Shown: positions 44,699-55,427 of the stretch, in pieces
How the letters are laid out: each line of letters begins with the position of its first letter
Position numbering within the stretch: position 1 is the first letter of the stretch
Assembly: GCA_963729045.1 (NCBI GenBank)
Contig: CAVSMN010000016.1
Coordinates: 1-64,000 of the forward strand
Direction: 5' to 3'
DNA: 64,000 nucleotides
Source of the DNA: an uncultured Nitrososphaeraceae archaeon
GTDB lineage: Archaea; Thermoproteota; Nitrososphaeria; Nitrososphaerales; Nitrososphaeraceae
Translations under genes and position numbers: made by a program
Notes under the pieces: model-generated
What the model was told of the DNA's origin: nothing
The model's input: only the letters and a program-made list of their open reading frames with translations
The model's database searches: none

Positions 44699-45286
44699 GT
44701 GCTTAATTTACAAATTTTTTTAAATGGGCTTTCACGAAGTGTATTCAACATGAATAGAACTATTAATTTGACTTTACTTGTAACTCTATGCTGTTTTTTA
44801 ACATCAGCTTTTATCTTTAGCTGGCCACCAAATGATCCAAACAGTCATGCTTCTTCTTTCTTACCTGAGAAGAATTCAACATTTTCAAATTCTTCAACAA
44901 GTAGTTTTGAAAGTAATCCAATAACGACAATTATCATTCCAAATGAGGGTTCAAATTTAATTACAAATTCTAATAGTGATAATAATAATGTAACTGGACA
45001 AAGTGCCCACCAAACAAATCCATTGTCCTCTATTAATACCAGCTCAAGTTTAGTGAAAAATCAAAGTGATTTTGCTTCCTCTTCTGATACTTTAAAGAGG
45101 AATGTTAGTAGTGAAGGTACTAATAATGATACCTTATCGGATTCTCAACAAAGAGGCAAATACCTAACTGACAATAACGGAATTCACTATTATAATATCA
45201 ATAATTGTAGTGAGAAGAAAGGATCATCAGGCATCGGGGAAATGTCTGAATGTGAAGATGCTGCAAAGGAAATGAGTGAAGAATAG
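44699..45286 (+). CDS. Secreted Ser/Asn-rich protein with small two-Cys C-terminal domain
   Basis: Hydrophobic N-terminal segment, low-complexity linker, YYNINNC...SECEDA. Confidence 0.6.
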   Translation: MLNLQIFLNGLSRSVFNMNRTINLTLLVTLCCFLTSAFIFSWPPNDPNSHASSFLPEKNSTFSNSSTSSFESNPITTIIIPNEGSNLITNSNSDNNNVTGQSAHQTNPLSSINTSSSLVKNQSDFASSSDTLKRNVSSEGTNNDTLSDSQQRGKYLTDNNGIHYYNINNCSEKKGSSGIGEMSECEDAAKEMSEE

Positions 45287-45466
45287 AAAAAAAATCATTG
45301 GTTTGACTTTAAGGACTAATGATAAATAAAGTACGGTAATTTTATTTATTATTATTTGTTTGCACATCAACTCAATAGAATTCTGGTACGCATTTTTTCA
45401 TAATATATTTCAAAAAAATAAGGTGAAGGTCCGCAAAATACTAATACCAATAGATAAACGAACTTT

Positions 45467-45835
45467 CTATGGTGCTATATTGTCCCTTTTGAGATTACTA
45501 AGTGGGTTTTTTTCTCGTATGGCCAATATTCCTGCAATAACAAATAATGCCAATGCTGGTATTGCGAACCATTGAATAAGTGCGAAAAGCATTACACCAC
45601 ACGCTATCAAGATACCTCCAACAATTTTATTATTTTTAATCTTAAATGCAGCAAGAATAGCTCCTACGTTTATTGCTATTATAGCTATTGCTATTAGTAG
45701 AGCCCAGCCAACAAAAAGGGCCAATATTGGGATTCCAACAAAGCTATTTATCAGAAAATACAAAAAGAGCCCGATAAAGGGAATAATGAGTCCTAAAATA
45801 GCTGTAATAATAGTTAGCTTTTGATAGCCTTTCAT
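45467..45835 (-). CDS. Four-TM membrane protein
   Basis: 122 aa, strongly hydrophobic. Confidence 0.7.
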   Translation of the reverse strand: MKGYQKLTIITAILGLIIPFIGLFLYFLINSFVGIPILALFVGWALLIAIAIIAINVGAILAAFKIKNNKIVGGILIACGVMLFALIQWFAIPALALFVIAGILAIREKNPLSNLKRDNIAP

Positions 45836-46328
45836 ATTTTTGTATATAGAGAATAGTAATTAAGTCATGATCCTATTGCTCTTCCTATTATCTTGGTAAG
45901 TACCCCTGTACAGGACCGTTTTAGTAAATAAAGATTAATTTTAATAATGAATGATGTTGAAAGTTGAAAATTGGGTGACAATTAAAATATCAACCCTTTT
46001 TCCGCCATAATGCCAATCGTGGTGTAATGTGATGCCGACCCTTTCAACAACTTCCAGATTTTCCAGACGTGTATTGGTTTGAAGGTAAGACATTGGGATA
46101 TCAAGCAAGGGATTTGGATGTTGTTTTTGCTTGACAACAATGCTTTATTAGATGCAATATTAGGTGCACCTAACTATAATATAAACAATTTCTTGATTAT
46201 CAAAAGTAATAATATCATCAACAAGAATTAAACCGATTGTATATGTTTCAAGCATAAAAACATGGTTTTATTATTAATATCAATATAATTCACTAGTTTT
46301 AAATAAGAACTTACGATATCTCCTATAT

Positions 46329-46475
46329 ATGGCAAAATGTCCATCTTGTAAGGAATCAATAAATCTAAGCCAACTAATAACAGAGGAATTTGAGGATGGG
46401 GACCTATTATTCAAGTTCTTAGGCTTGAGTTGTCCCAAGTGCGAGATACTTTTAAAAATACAAAAAATTGATTAA
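46329..46475 (+). CDS. 48-aa zinc-ribbon microprotein (not in ORF track)
   Basis: MAKCPSCKESINLSQLITEEFEDGDLLFKFLGLSCPKCEILLKIQKID*, two CPxC knuckles; tttaaata box about 30 nt upstream. Confidence 0.78.
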   Translation: MAKCPSCKESINLSQLITEEFEDGDLLFKFLGLSCPKCEILLKIQKID

Positions 46476-46713
46476 TACACATTTAATAGACAACTAACGA
46501 ATTTTGGATCTGTCTTCGGGTCTTCTTTTTTTAATTAGTCATTCAATTTTCTTTTTTCGATAATATTGGATTAAATGAATTTGTACTTTAGAAATCCATT
46601 ATTTGTTATTCTCTAGAATGACAGCGAGGAAATTATTATTGGACAAGCAAACTAGTGTCCATCTTTTTGTTATTACCTATACAAGCAGAATTTTGTATTG
46701 ATTAATAAATACT

Positions 46714-48171
46714 ATGACCAATATATTTACTTGTTTGACAAACAACACTAGTAAAAATTCAAAATATTTTGTTATTTTAGATATCGTGGGATTAGATGTT
46801 TCTCGTATTGAATCTTCAGCACAAATATATCCTAACATATCCAGTTTGTTTGAGAACGACGGTGAATATGGATACATGAAACCCGTGTTTCCCTCAGTTA
46901 CATGTACCTCACAGGCTAGTATTTTGACAGGAAAATATCCAAAGGAACATGGTATTATTTCAAATGGTTTTTTCGATAGAGAAAACTTCCAGACTTTGTT
47001 CTGGGAGCAATCTACTAATCTGGTTCAATCTGAAAAAATATGGGATACACTAAAAAACAAAAATAACATGCTCAAAACAGCCCTATTATTCTGGCAAAAT
47101 TCTATGTATTCGAACAATGACTATGTTGTCACTCCTCGTCCTATCCATTTAGAAAATGGACAGATGGATATGTGGTGTTATTCTAAACCGGTTAACTATT
47201 ACGAGGAAATAAGCAAAGAAGTTGGCGAATTCAATCTGATGAATTATTGGGGCCCATTTGCATCCATAAAGTCCTCAGAATGGATATCAAAATCTGTTCA
47301 ATACACTATCAAAAACCATCGTCCCAATTTGTTGTATGCATATTTTCCACAACTCGATTATACTGCGCAAAAATTTGGGCATTCTAGTTCCCAAGTAACC
47401 GACGATTTAAAGCAAATCGATATTTATGTTGGTAATATTATAGAAAAGGTCAAGGAAGCAGGTATCTTTGATGAAACTCATTTTCTATTGCTCTCTGAGT
47501 ACGGATTTAACGATGTCAAAGATGCAATACCAATAAATAGAATATTAAGAGAAAAGGGATTGCTTCAGGTGAGAACAATTAATGGAAAAGAGTATATTGA
47601 CTATGAATATAGTGATGCGTTTGCAATGGTAGATCATCAGATAGCACACATTTATATCAACAACAGAAACAATATGAGCAAAGAAAAGATTAAGATTGCT
47701 ATTGAAGGTGTTCCCGGAATCGACAAAGTTTGCGATGAGGAAGAAAAACAAAAACTTCACATAAACCATTCAAGAAGTGGAGAGCTTATTGCCATAGCGG
47801 AAATAGACAAATGGTTTAGTTACTACTGGTGGTACGATGAACAGAAAAATAAGAGCCCAAATTTGGATGAAACTGAAACTGATGATGGCAATGACAATGC
47901 ACCTAGCTTTACTAAAACAGTGGATATTCACAGAAAACCCGGTTATGATCCTCTAGATCTTTTCATAGACCCAAAAAGAAAATGCATCTCCACAGATACC
48001 CGTCTAATAAAGGGTTCCCATGGACGACCATATAATATTGAATCAGGAGAGGGATTATCGGCCTTCCTATCAAACAAAAAGATTGAACACATCAAAAAAG
48101 AGAAGTTTGACGGGTGTCCAGTAATAAATTGCCTGGATATTTTTGATATTGTAAAAAAGAACTTTATTTAA
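46714..48171 (+). CDS. Alkaline phosphatase superfamily nucleotide pyrophosphatase/phosphodiesterase, EboF-like
   Basis: PVFPSVTCTSQASILTG, HGIISNG, VTPRP, SEYG, AFAMVDHQIAHIY, VDIHRKPGYDP, IKGSHGR. Confidence 0.88.
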   Translation: MTNIFTCLTNNTSKNSKYFVILDIVGLDVSRIESSAQIYPNISSLFENDGEYGYMKPVFPSVTCTSQASILTGKYPKEHGIISNGFFDRENFQTLFWEQSTNLVQSEKIWDTLKNKNNMLKTALLFWQNSMYSNNDYVVTPRPIHLENGQMDMWCYSKPVNYYEEISKEVGEFNLMNYWGPFASIKSSEWISKSVQYTIKNHRPNLLYAYFPQLDYTAQKFGHSSSQVTDDLKQIDIYVGNIIEKVKEAGIFDETHFLLLSEYGFNDVKDAIPINRILREKGLLQVRTINGKEYIDYEYSDAFAMVDHQIAHIYINNRNNMSKEKIKIAIEGVPGIDKVCDEEEKQKLHINHSRSGELIAIAEIDKWFSYYWWYDEQKNKSPNLDETETDDGNDNAPSFTKTVDIHRKPGYDPLDLFIDPKRKCISTDTRLIKGSHGRPYNIESGEGLSAFLSNKKIEHIKKEKFDGCPVINCLDIFDIVKKNFI

Positions 48172-48232
48172 GAAGTTAGGAAAATTAGAAAGCATATTAG
48201 CATAAAATAATAGAAAATAAGAATCAAAGGAA

Positions 48233-49069
48233 ATGGCATTTTCATATTCTATTACATTATCTTCATTTCTGAACGTACAAAAAAACGAATTAGAAACTCT
48301 AGAGAACCTTAGCCGACTCGGTTTAACTGAAGTGGAATTGTATGGAGAACCAGATGAGGTAAACTCGGAATCCCTTAAGGATCTTTTGAATTCATTTGAT
48401 ATTAGGGTAATAGGTATCACTGGAATGTGGGGTAGGTCGAGTTTGAATGGATGGAAAAGACGTCTTTTAAGTAACGATAAATCCATACTGAAATATTCTG
48501 AAGATTATGTGTTAAAGTGTATTAAGTTATGTAACTATTTTGGAGGAAAACGAATTAATTTATGTTTGTTTTCAGATCCTATTTATTCTTTTGATGTAAC
48601 CCATAGAAACGTTAATGAAAACAACAAGACTAAAGTGTTAGAAAGTTGTGTGCCATTGTTGAACCGTCTTTTAAAAACTGCAAGAGAAGAAAATGTCTCT
48701 TTGATGGTCGAACCACTAAATCGTTATTCAACACCTTACTGTTGTACTTATTCAGATGTAATCTCGCTGATTGAAAAGTGTGATGAATTAGAACTCATGT
48801 TAGATACCTTTCATATGAATATTGAGGAAGATTCTTTTGAGGATGCGATCTTAAATTCCCACCTTATCCTCTCCCATATGCACTTTGCTGATAACAACAG
48901 GAAGATGCCTGGTTTTGGCCATATCGATTTTAATATGATAGTAAAAACCTTAAAAAAAATTTCATATGATGGCAAAATTAGTTTTGAACCCACAATCTTG
49001 AATAGAAATTATTATTCTGCAGTGAAATTTGGATTAGACCATGTAAAAAAACTTGATTTAAAATATTAA
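48233..49069 (+). CDS. Ketose 3-epimerase-like (DTE/IolO-type) TIM barrel
   Basis: VEPLNRY, LDTFHMNIEE, HFADNNRKMPGFGHIDF, SFE. Confidence 0.85.
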   Translation: MAFSYSITLSSFLNVQKNELETLENLSRLGLTEVELYGEPDEVNSESLKDLLNSFDIRVIGITGMWGRSSLNGWKRRLLSNDKSILKYSEDYVLKCIKLCNYFGGKRINLCLFSDPIYSFDVTHRNVNENNKTKVLESCVPLLNRLLKTAREENVSLMVEPLNRYSTPYCCTYSDVISLIEKCDELELMLDTFHMNIEEDSFEDAILNSHLILSHMHFADNNRKMPGFGHIDFNMIVKTLKKISYDGKISFEPTILNRNYYSAVKFGLDHVKKLDLKY

Positions 49070-49167
49070 ATATATAAAAATTCTGAAATGATGACTACTT
49101 AATATGAAAATATTCCGCAGTATATCAATCTTTATTAATAAAGGCAATAGCATAATTACAGATTATT

Positions 49168-49398
49168 TTGAGTGAAGCCTATGTATTATTGAATGTTAAT
49201 TATAAGAAACAATCCAACGTAATAGATCAAATAAAACAGTTATCTACAGTAAGGGCAGTAAAATCTGTCTATGGAATTTATGATCTAGTGATCATTTTTG
49301 AGTCGGATAATTTGCAACAAGTAAAAAGCGAAATAGATGAAAAGTTACCTCTTATTGAAGGAATAGAGAACATGACCACTTTGATATCTGTTTCATAA
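49168..49398 (+). CDS. Stand-alone Lrp/AsnC ligand-binding domain
   Basis: AYVLLNV...VYGIYDLVI...IENMTTLI. Confidence 0.85.
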   Translation: MSEAYVLLNVNYKKQSNVIDQIKQLSTVRAVKSVYGIYDLVIIFESDNLQQVKSEIDEKLPLIEGIENMTTLISVS

Positions 49399-49445
49399 AA
49401 GAAGACAAGGCTTGTTTTGTTAAAGGTAGAATATTGGAGAAATGA

Positions 49446-50435
49446 TTGAGAATGTCAATTGAAGAGTATGAAGTTATTATAGTAGGAGCAGGGCCCTCAG
49501 GACTTTCAGCGGGCATATTTGTAGCAAGACAGAGGACCAAATGTCTTTTGATTTCAAAGGACTTGGGTGGACAGATGAACCTGATTCCTAAACTTGAGAA
49601 TTATCCCGGAACTATGATGTCAAGCGGACCACTCCTTGCTAAAACATTGGAAAATCAATATTTAACATTTAATGGTGAAATGACTTATGATACTGTAGAA
49701 AAGGTCGATCAAATTGAAGGCAGTACAGACCTGAAGGTAAAAACAGGACGTTCTGAATATCTCACAAAAGCACTAATTCTTGCACCAGGAAAAGTTCCAA
49801 ATAATTTAGGGGTTGAAAATGAAATCCAATTTCAAAACAAAGGCGTTCATTACTGTACAAAATGTGACGCTCCTTTTTATCAAGGCAGAACTACTGCTAC
49901 TGTTGGAGTCGGGGGCTACCTTTTAGAATCTGGCATATTGTTGTCTAGAATGGCATCAAAAGTATACCTTATTTATCGTGGTGGTCAGCTCGGAGGAGAT
50001 AGGGATATGATAGAATCTATTAAAAAGAAAAATAACGTAGAACTCATTCCAAATAGCTCAGTTACCCTAGTTTCAGGTAACAACTCTTTACAGCAAATTC
50101 AAATTAAAGATAATGCGGGTGTAGAGAAAATGATAAACGTTGATGGTTTATTTGTCGAAATGGGATCCAAGATAAATCTAGATTTTGTAAAACATCTTAT
50201 TAAACTTAACACAAAAGGTGAGATCGAGGTTACTGATGGAGGAAAGACCACTCACCCAGCCATTTTTGCGTCAGGCGATGCAACAAACATTCCTTATAAG
50301 CAGATCGTGGCAGCATGCGGTGACGGTGCGTCTGCAGGAATTTCTGCATTTAATTATATTGAGAAATTAAAAGGAAAACCTGGTATCCGTTCTGATTGGA
50401 AGAAAACTATTGGTGATACTGTGTTCCATTATTAG
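49446..50435 (+). CDS. trxB: Thioredoxin reductase family flavoprotein
   Basis: VGAGPSGLSA, GVHYCTKCDAP (CxxC), IFASGD, KQIVAACGDGA. Confidence 0.9.
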   Translation: MRMSIEEYEVIIVGAGPSGLSAGIFVARQRTKCLLISKDLGGQMNLIPKLENYPGTMMSSGPLLAKTLENQYLTFNGEMTYDTVEKVDQIEGSTDLKVKTGRSEYLTKALILAPGKVPNNLGVENEIQFQNKGVHYCTKCDAPFYQGRTTATVGVGGYLLESGILLSRMASKVYLIYRGGQLGGDRDMIESIKKKNNVELIPNSSVTLVSGNNSLQQIQIKDNAGVEKMINVDGLFVEMGSKINLDFVKHLIKLNTKGEIEVTDGGKTTHPAIFASGDATNIPYKQIVAACGDGASAGISAFNYIEKLKGKPGIRSDWKKTIGDTVFHY

Positions 50436-50577
50436 GGATAGATTGTGACGCTCTTTCTTCCTTATTCTCTTTAAATTAAGCACTTGCTAGGGTACTTTAC
50501 TCCATACTTTTATTAAAAAAACAGCATTTTTTATTGGTAATATCTAGACTTTATTAAATCATTATTTACCCCCTGGC

Positions 50578-50814
50578 CTACTTTTGACGATCTTTGTTAT
50601 CTAGATAATTCGTTAGATTCATTGAATAAAATTTTTTCAATGAAGGAATGTTCTTTTCGTATTCATCAAAAACGATAAATAATGTAAATTTGATAAACTC
50701 CTCAATCTCATTTGAGTTTATTGACCCAGATTCAAACAGGTCCTTAATTATCGTTTTCAATTTGGTTAGCTTTTCTTCTTCTATACTAATACTGAAGTTT
50801 GTGTATGTTGTCAC
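50578..50814 (-). CDS. Hypothetical protein
   Basis: 78-aa ORF. Confidence 0.45.
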   Translation of the reverse strand: MTTYTNFSISIEEEKLTKLKTIIKDLFESGSINSNEIEEFIKFTLFIVFDEYEKNIPSLKKFYSMNLTNYLDNKDRQK

Positions 50815-51175
50815 TTGGATTATGTACTTTATTTGGTATTTATCCTAATCTAGGTAAATTTATATAAAGATTTTATTGATGAATCCGTTATAATATTGAA
50901 GTTTCGATTAACAATAAGTTAAAACAGAGCTAATGCTTCTAGAATTTTGGGTATTTGGTCTTGTTTGGACAGAAATGAGATAAGCAATTCTAGGCGGACA
51001 ATGAGAGCTGTATATACCAACATCCCCAATATACCTCAATTCAAATCTGAACAATCGTACAAATATACTACCAAATGGTTGATTTCATAAGAAGAATTAA
51101 TAAATAAATTTAGTTAGCAATTTTTTACTGCTACATTCTTCAAATTTGATATAAATTATAAAAATAAAATCCTTA

Positions 51176-51748
51176 ATGTCTATGACCAGTACTAAAAGTT
51201 TTTCTACAAAAAACGCAGGTGTTCTCGTAGTAGCAGTATTTTCCATAGCAATCTCAATGGGATTAAGTCAGGTGTCCTCAGCAATGGCCCTGGACGAGCT
51301 TTTGGATTGTAAAGGAGTTGCAAATGGATCTAATGATCTTGATACGAAAGATAAAATGTCGTGTGATGAAAATGAAGACAAAGTATCAAAAAATTCGGAT
51401 ATCAAATCTGAAAATGACGATTCTGCATCTTCAAATGATGATGATGATGCTGATCAAAGTAGTGGAATAGAAAGTAAGACTGATAGTGTTCTAACGGCAG
51501 GTCCTGCAGTAGCATCACCAGATGATCACATCATTAAACCAATCAACCTAAATAAGGGCACAGATTCAGACGAGCCACTAAAAACAAACAATGATAAGCA
51601 CAAACAGTCCGCCGAATCTTCACCAAAACAAATATTTCAAGATAAATTGGATTTAAGAGACCAATTTGACAAGAATACAAATACTGGTGTTTCAGAATTA
51701 TACGAATCATTTGATTTACCCTATACCGCAATTTACAAGAACCAGTAA
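51176..51748 (+). CDS. Secreted acidic low-complexity protein
   Basis: Signal peptide (AMA), two Cys, Asp/Ser-rich. Confidence 0.65.
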   Translation: MSMTSTKSFSTKNAGVLVVAVFSIAISMGLSQVSSAMALDELLDCKGVANGSNDLDTKDKMSCDENEDKVSKNSDIKSENDDSASSNDDDDADQSSGIESKTDSVLTAGPAVASPDDHIIKPINLNKGTDSDEPLKTNNDKHKQSAESSPKQIFQDKLDLRDQFDKNTNTGVSELYESFDLPYTAIYKNQ

Positions 51749-51993
51749 ACGCATACTTCACCAAGCCTTTTTTTAAATTTTTTTTATTAATTATTATTAT
51801 CATAATGATTCACTTTAGATAGATTCAGATGTTTAATCTTGAACACATGTTAAATCCAACGGATATCGACATTGATCTAAGAGATAGAAAACATAGATTG
51901 ATTAATGTAATTTTTAGATTATTCCTAGTTCGAAAAAAATAAATGTAATACCTATACCAACCAATAAAATAGTAGTATTTTGAAATGCATCAG

Positions 51994-52611
51994 CTAGACA
52001 GTGTGTATTAAATCTGTAAGATTTCTCTTTGGTTTGGGAAATAGCATTTTCCTTGGATATCCAATGCATAAGATCGAGGAAGGCTCCAAATCAGTACCAA
52101 CCACTTCTTTAAGTAATTGTTCATTAAACATGCCTATCCAAATGGAGCTCAATCCTAAAGCATGAGCAGCTAATTGGGCATAACCAGCTGCAAGGGTAGC
52201 GTCTTGAATGGAAAATTTATGTAATACCTCTGGATGAAAATTTAATTTAATTCGTGAAGGGTTAGAACAAAATACTAAAACCAATGGTGCATTTACATAT
52301 GGCTGGTTATTAGCGGCTTTTATTAGGTTCTGTTTTAGCTGGGTATTCTTGAGATGATAAATTTCAAAACCCTGGAACCCACCCGCAGTGGGTGCTGTGT
52401 CAGCAGCGGCAAAAATGATATCTATTTTCCAACCCTCTATTTCTCTTTCCTCAAATTTCCTCTGTGAGCGCCTATTGAGCATAACATTAAAAATATTACT
52501 ATCCAAGACATCGTCCATTTCAGACTTTTCTTGCGGGGTTGGTTCTTTTGGGTAAACTTTTGGAAGTATATCGGAAGGGAACATACTATCCAAAATTCTA
52601 TTATCTTCCAA
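51994..52611 (-). CDS. Nitroreductase family protein
   Basis: RRSQRKF, APTAGG, QDATLAA...ALGLSSIWIG, CIGYP. Confidence 0.9.
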   Translation of the reverse strand: MEDNRILDSMFPSDILPKVYPKEPTPQEKSEMDDVLDSNIFNVMLNRRSQRKFEEREIEGWKIDIIFAAADTAPTAGGFQGFEIYHLKNTQLKQNLIKAANNQPYVNAPLVLVFCSNPSRIKLNFHPEVLHKFSIQDATLAAGYAQLAAHALGLSSIWIGMFNEQLLKEVVGTDLEPSSILCIGYPRKMLFPKPKRNLTDLIHTV

Positions 52612-52951
52612 TACAAGTAGTAACCAATAGTTATTAAAAAAGATTCTAGATTGAATAAATAAATTCAGTTTTGATATTCGATTTTATTTGTATATTATGA
52701 ATTATGTTTGTACCATTCAAGTTACCTTGGACCAATATGTAACAAAGTTCTATTTAAAAGAAATGATAAAATTTTGCATATAATTTAAATAATCAAATGT
52801 ATGTTAAATAATTACCTTAATTTTGTAATGGTCATTTCTACAAGTAGAAGTTTCTATTTTATTTCCTAAATTAATGGATTTGTGTCAAATTTGGGTTTGA
52901 TTTCCAATTTAATAAACTTTATATTTGTGTCTTATTCTAAATAAGATACAC

Positions 52952-53203
52952 ATGAACACAAAAACAGTTCTAGCATGTAGTGCAGCAGTAATTGCATTTG
53001 CATTAATTGTAGCTCCATTAGCAATATCTCAAGATGCATTAGCAGTGAAGAATAAAGCAAACAAACCATTAAGTAACCAAACAATCTCAATCAACAAAGC
53101 CTATCAATTAGCGGCGGCGGTAATTTCTTATCTGGTAACAACGTAAACTTCCAAGAACCAACAAAACTCGGTAACAACGTCTTAGGCCAAAGTCAGCGAC
53201 TAA
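52952..53203 (+). pseudogene. Degenerate Q/N-ladder protein, copy E (Cys-less type)
   Basis: Signal peptide to QDALAVKNKA, then shifted frame QTIK*PNNLNQQSLSISGGGNFLSGNNVNFQEPTKLGNNVLGQ; TAA falls at a conserved Gln position. Confidence 0.7.
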
Positions 53204-53556
53204 TTTTATTTTTTTATTCTTTTAATGATAATTACCTTTAGACATTTTCTTACCTAATAACTGACTCTCCAATTGAGAAAATTTATAATAAATAAATTAC
53301 GATCCCAGAAAGTCATATATAGAATTTAGAATCAACTAATCGCTGATTTCTTATTTTATACTAGCATGCATTATATAGACAATATATTATCTTTAAAAAA
53401 TCAGCGGAAATCAAAATAAAATTCAGTAACTTATCTGAATATTCCTAAATTGGGCCTGGTTTAATGTATTTATGTAAAGCTCCTCTAAGCTTAATTTTTT
53501 CTGCTTATTTTGTTGACCCGATATTGTTTGGTTTGAAGGATCGTAATTTGTAAGTT

Positions 53557-54171
53557 CTACCTTGGTATGTAACCATGGTATTTTTCTTTGTTCCTATCTT
53601 TAAGATATAAAACAATTCCGACTACAAAACATACTAATCCTGCAATAAACAATATTACTCCCAAAACTAAACCACCAAAACTACTTAGGTCTATTTCACC
53701 ATTCTCCTTTAAAAAGGGTAAATTCCCAAAAAATAGATAAACGGACGCCTTATTGTTTTGATCCATATTGAACACCGAAATATCATACCTCCCAGTTGCA
53801 TTTGGAGTTATGGTTGAAAAATAGGTTTTTTGAAAAGTAGAATTAGATACTATTTTTCCATTTGGATCAGTTACCAATTCATTTAGGACATTCTGATCAT
53901 TGCCCGTAGAATCAATGGTAATAGTAAGCAGCTTGTCCGTAGAATTAATAAAAATACTAGAGTTATAGGCCGTTAAGGGATCAAGTGTTATTTGATTCGT
54001 AGAGAGACTTGGATTATTCTGAACGAACATGCCGCTAAAGGACATCCCCCACATAAAGAACACTATTATTGAAGATAAAAATAGAGCACCACTAATAATT
54101 AAAACCTTAAATCCTCTTTGCATTTGAATTGTATTTCTTTGAATGATCCTTAAATATAATCTGTAGTGCAT
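53557..54171 (-). CDS. Two-TM membrane protein with extracellular beta domain
   Basis: N- and C-terminal TM helices around a GOLD-like segment. Confidence 0.7.
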   Translation of the reverse strand: MHYRLYLRIIQRNTIQMQRGFKVLIISGALFLSSIIVFFMWGMSFSGMFVQNNPSLSTNQITLDPLTAYNSSIFINSTDKLLTITIDSTGNDQNVLNELVTDPNGKIVSNSTFQKTYFSTITPNATGRYDISVFNMDQNNKASVYLFFGNLPFLKENGEIDLSSFGGLVLGVILFIAGLVCFVVGIVLYLKDRNKEKYHGYIPR

Positions 54172-55031
54172 CCCAAATTCAGCTGATTCCTAACAAGAAT
54201 ATATGAAAAAACTAGATCTGAAAAAATCTAGGTAGGCAAATTATCGATCAAAAGGTTAAAAATCTATTCAAATTGTGATATTATAGATTTCAGGTAAATA
54301 CACTCTATATCTCCCTAATATTTAACGGTTAAAAAACATTATACATTAGACGCAAGAAATTATTTATATAATTTCTGCTTTCAAAACATCGCTTAAAAAA
54401 ACGATAGTCCAATTGGATAAATATAAAAGTTATTTTACACTGACTATTTATTATCATACCTTTTAGGGCTGTAATGAATTTAGAAGACTGATCACATTAT
54501 TTCTCCTTAATGCTGGATGGCCTTTGAGGAATTTCGCAATAAATTGCCGAAAAAATGATCAGTGTATTTATACTTTATTAAATATTCTAGAATACAACTG
54601 GTCTCGAATGATCGGCAAACATCAGTAAAAGTGGGGTAGTGCTTTAATCCATAGTCAGCCAACCTCACTTTTACTTTTTAATATGATTGAAATACTATGA
54701 TTAGATTCTAATACAAGAAGTTAGTTTGACTGTAACTCCATCTATAGTTCAAAACCAGACCAAAAGATTGTTATTTAATCAAATTTTTGCTTTTTATCTC
54801 AGCTGTTAAAAGCAAATCCTACTGAAATAAAATACTGTATTTTTTCTTAAATGTTTTCAAGAAAATTGTTATTATTATTTTTCTATATCGCTGCTCCCAT
54901 AACCAGGCAAAAGATTTGTTTTCAAGAAGGGTGTCATATCAGTCCACGAGTATAGTGGAGACATTTAAGAGAGGAGCTATGCCGATTATTTCCAAAGCTA
55001 AATATGTTGGTCTGGCATTTGAAATTAGTCG

Positions 55032-55427
55032 GTGAAAGTATTGATAAAGGATGATAAATTAGACTATAAAGCCATTTATGATTATATCATTGGGCTTGAC
55101 CCAGATATCAGATTTGTAGGATTAATTGATGATATGGGGAGATTGGCATATGGTGGAATGAGACCTGGAAAAATTTCACTGGAATCTGAAACTGAATCTG
55201 TAAAAATATACATGGAATTTGCCTTAATTTCAAAATTACATACTGATTTTGACTCTAAACTAGGGGAAGTAGTCTATTCACTAACAGTCAGAAAAAAAAT
55301 TAAAATGCTTTCTTTCCCAATCGATGGACACATAATTCGACTATCACTTGAGAAAGAGGCAGATCACGAAAAAATAGTTAATGCCGTCCTTGCTTACATT
55401 AGGTCATTTGATAAACCCAGTGTTTAG
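55032..55427 (+). CDS. Roadblock/profilin-like protein typical of Nitrososphaerota
   Basis: DPDIRFVGLIDDMGRLAYGGMRPG...DFDSKLGEV...LSFP pattern. Confidence 0.7.
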   Translation: MKVLIKDDKLDYKAIYDYIIGLDPDIRFVGLIDDMGRLAYGGMRPGKISLESETESVKIYMEFALISKLHTDFDSKLGEVVYSLTVRKKIKMLSFPIDGHIIRLSLEKEADHEKIVNAVLAYIRSFDKPSV

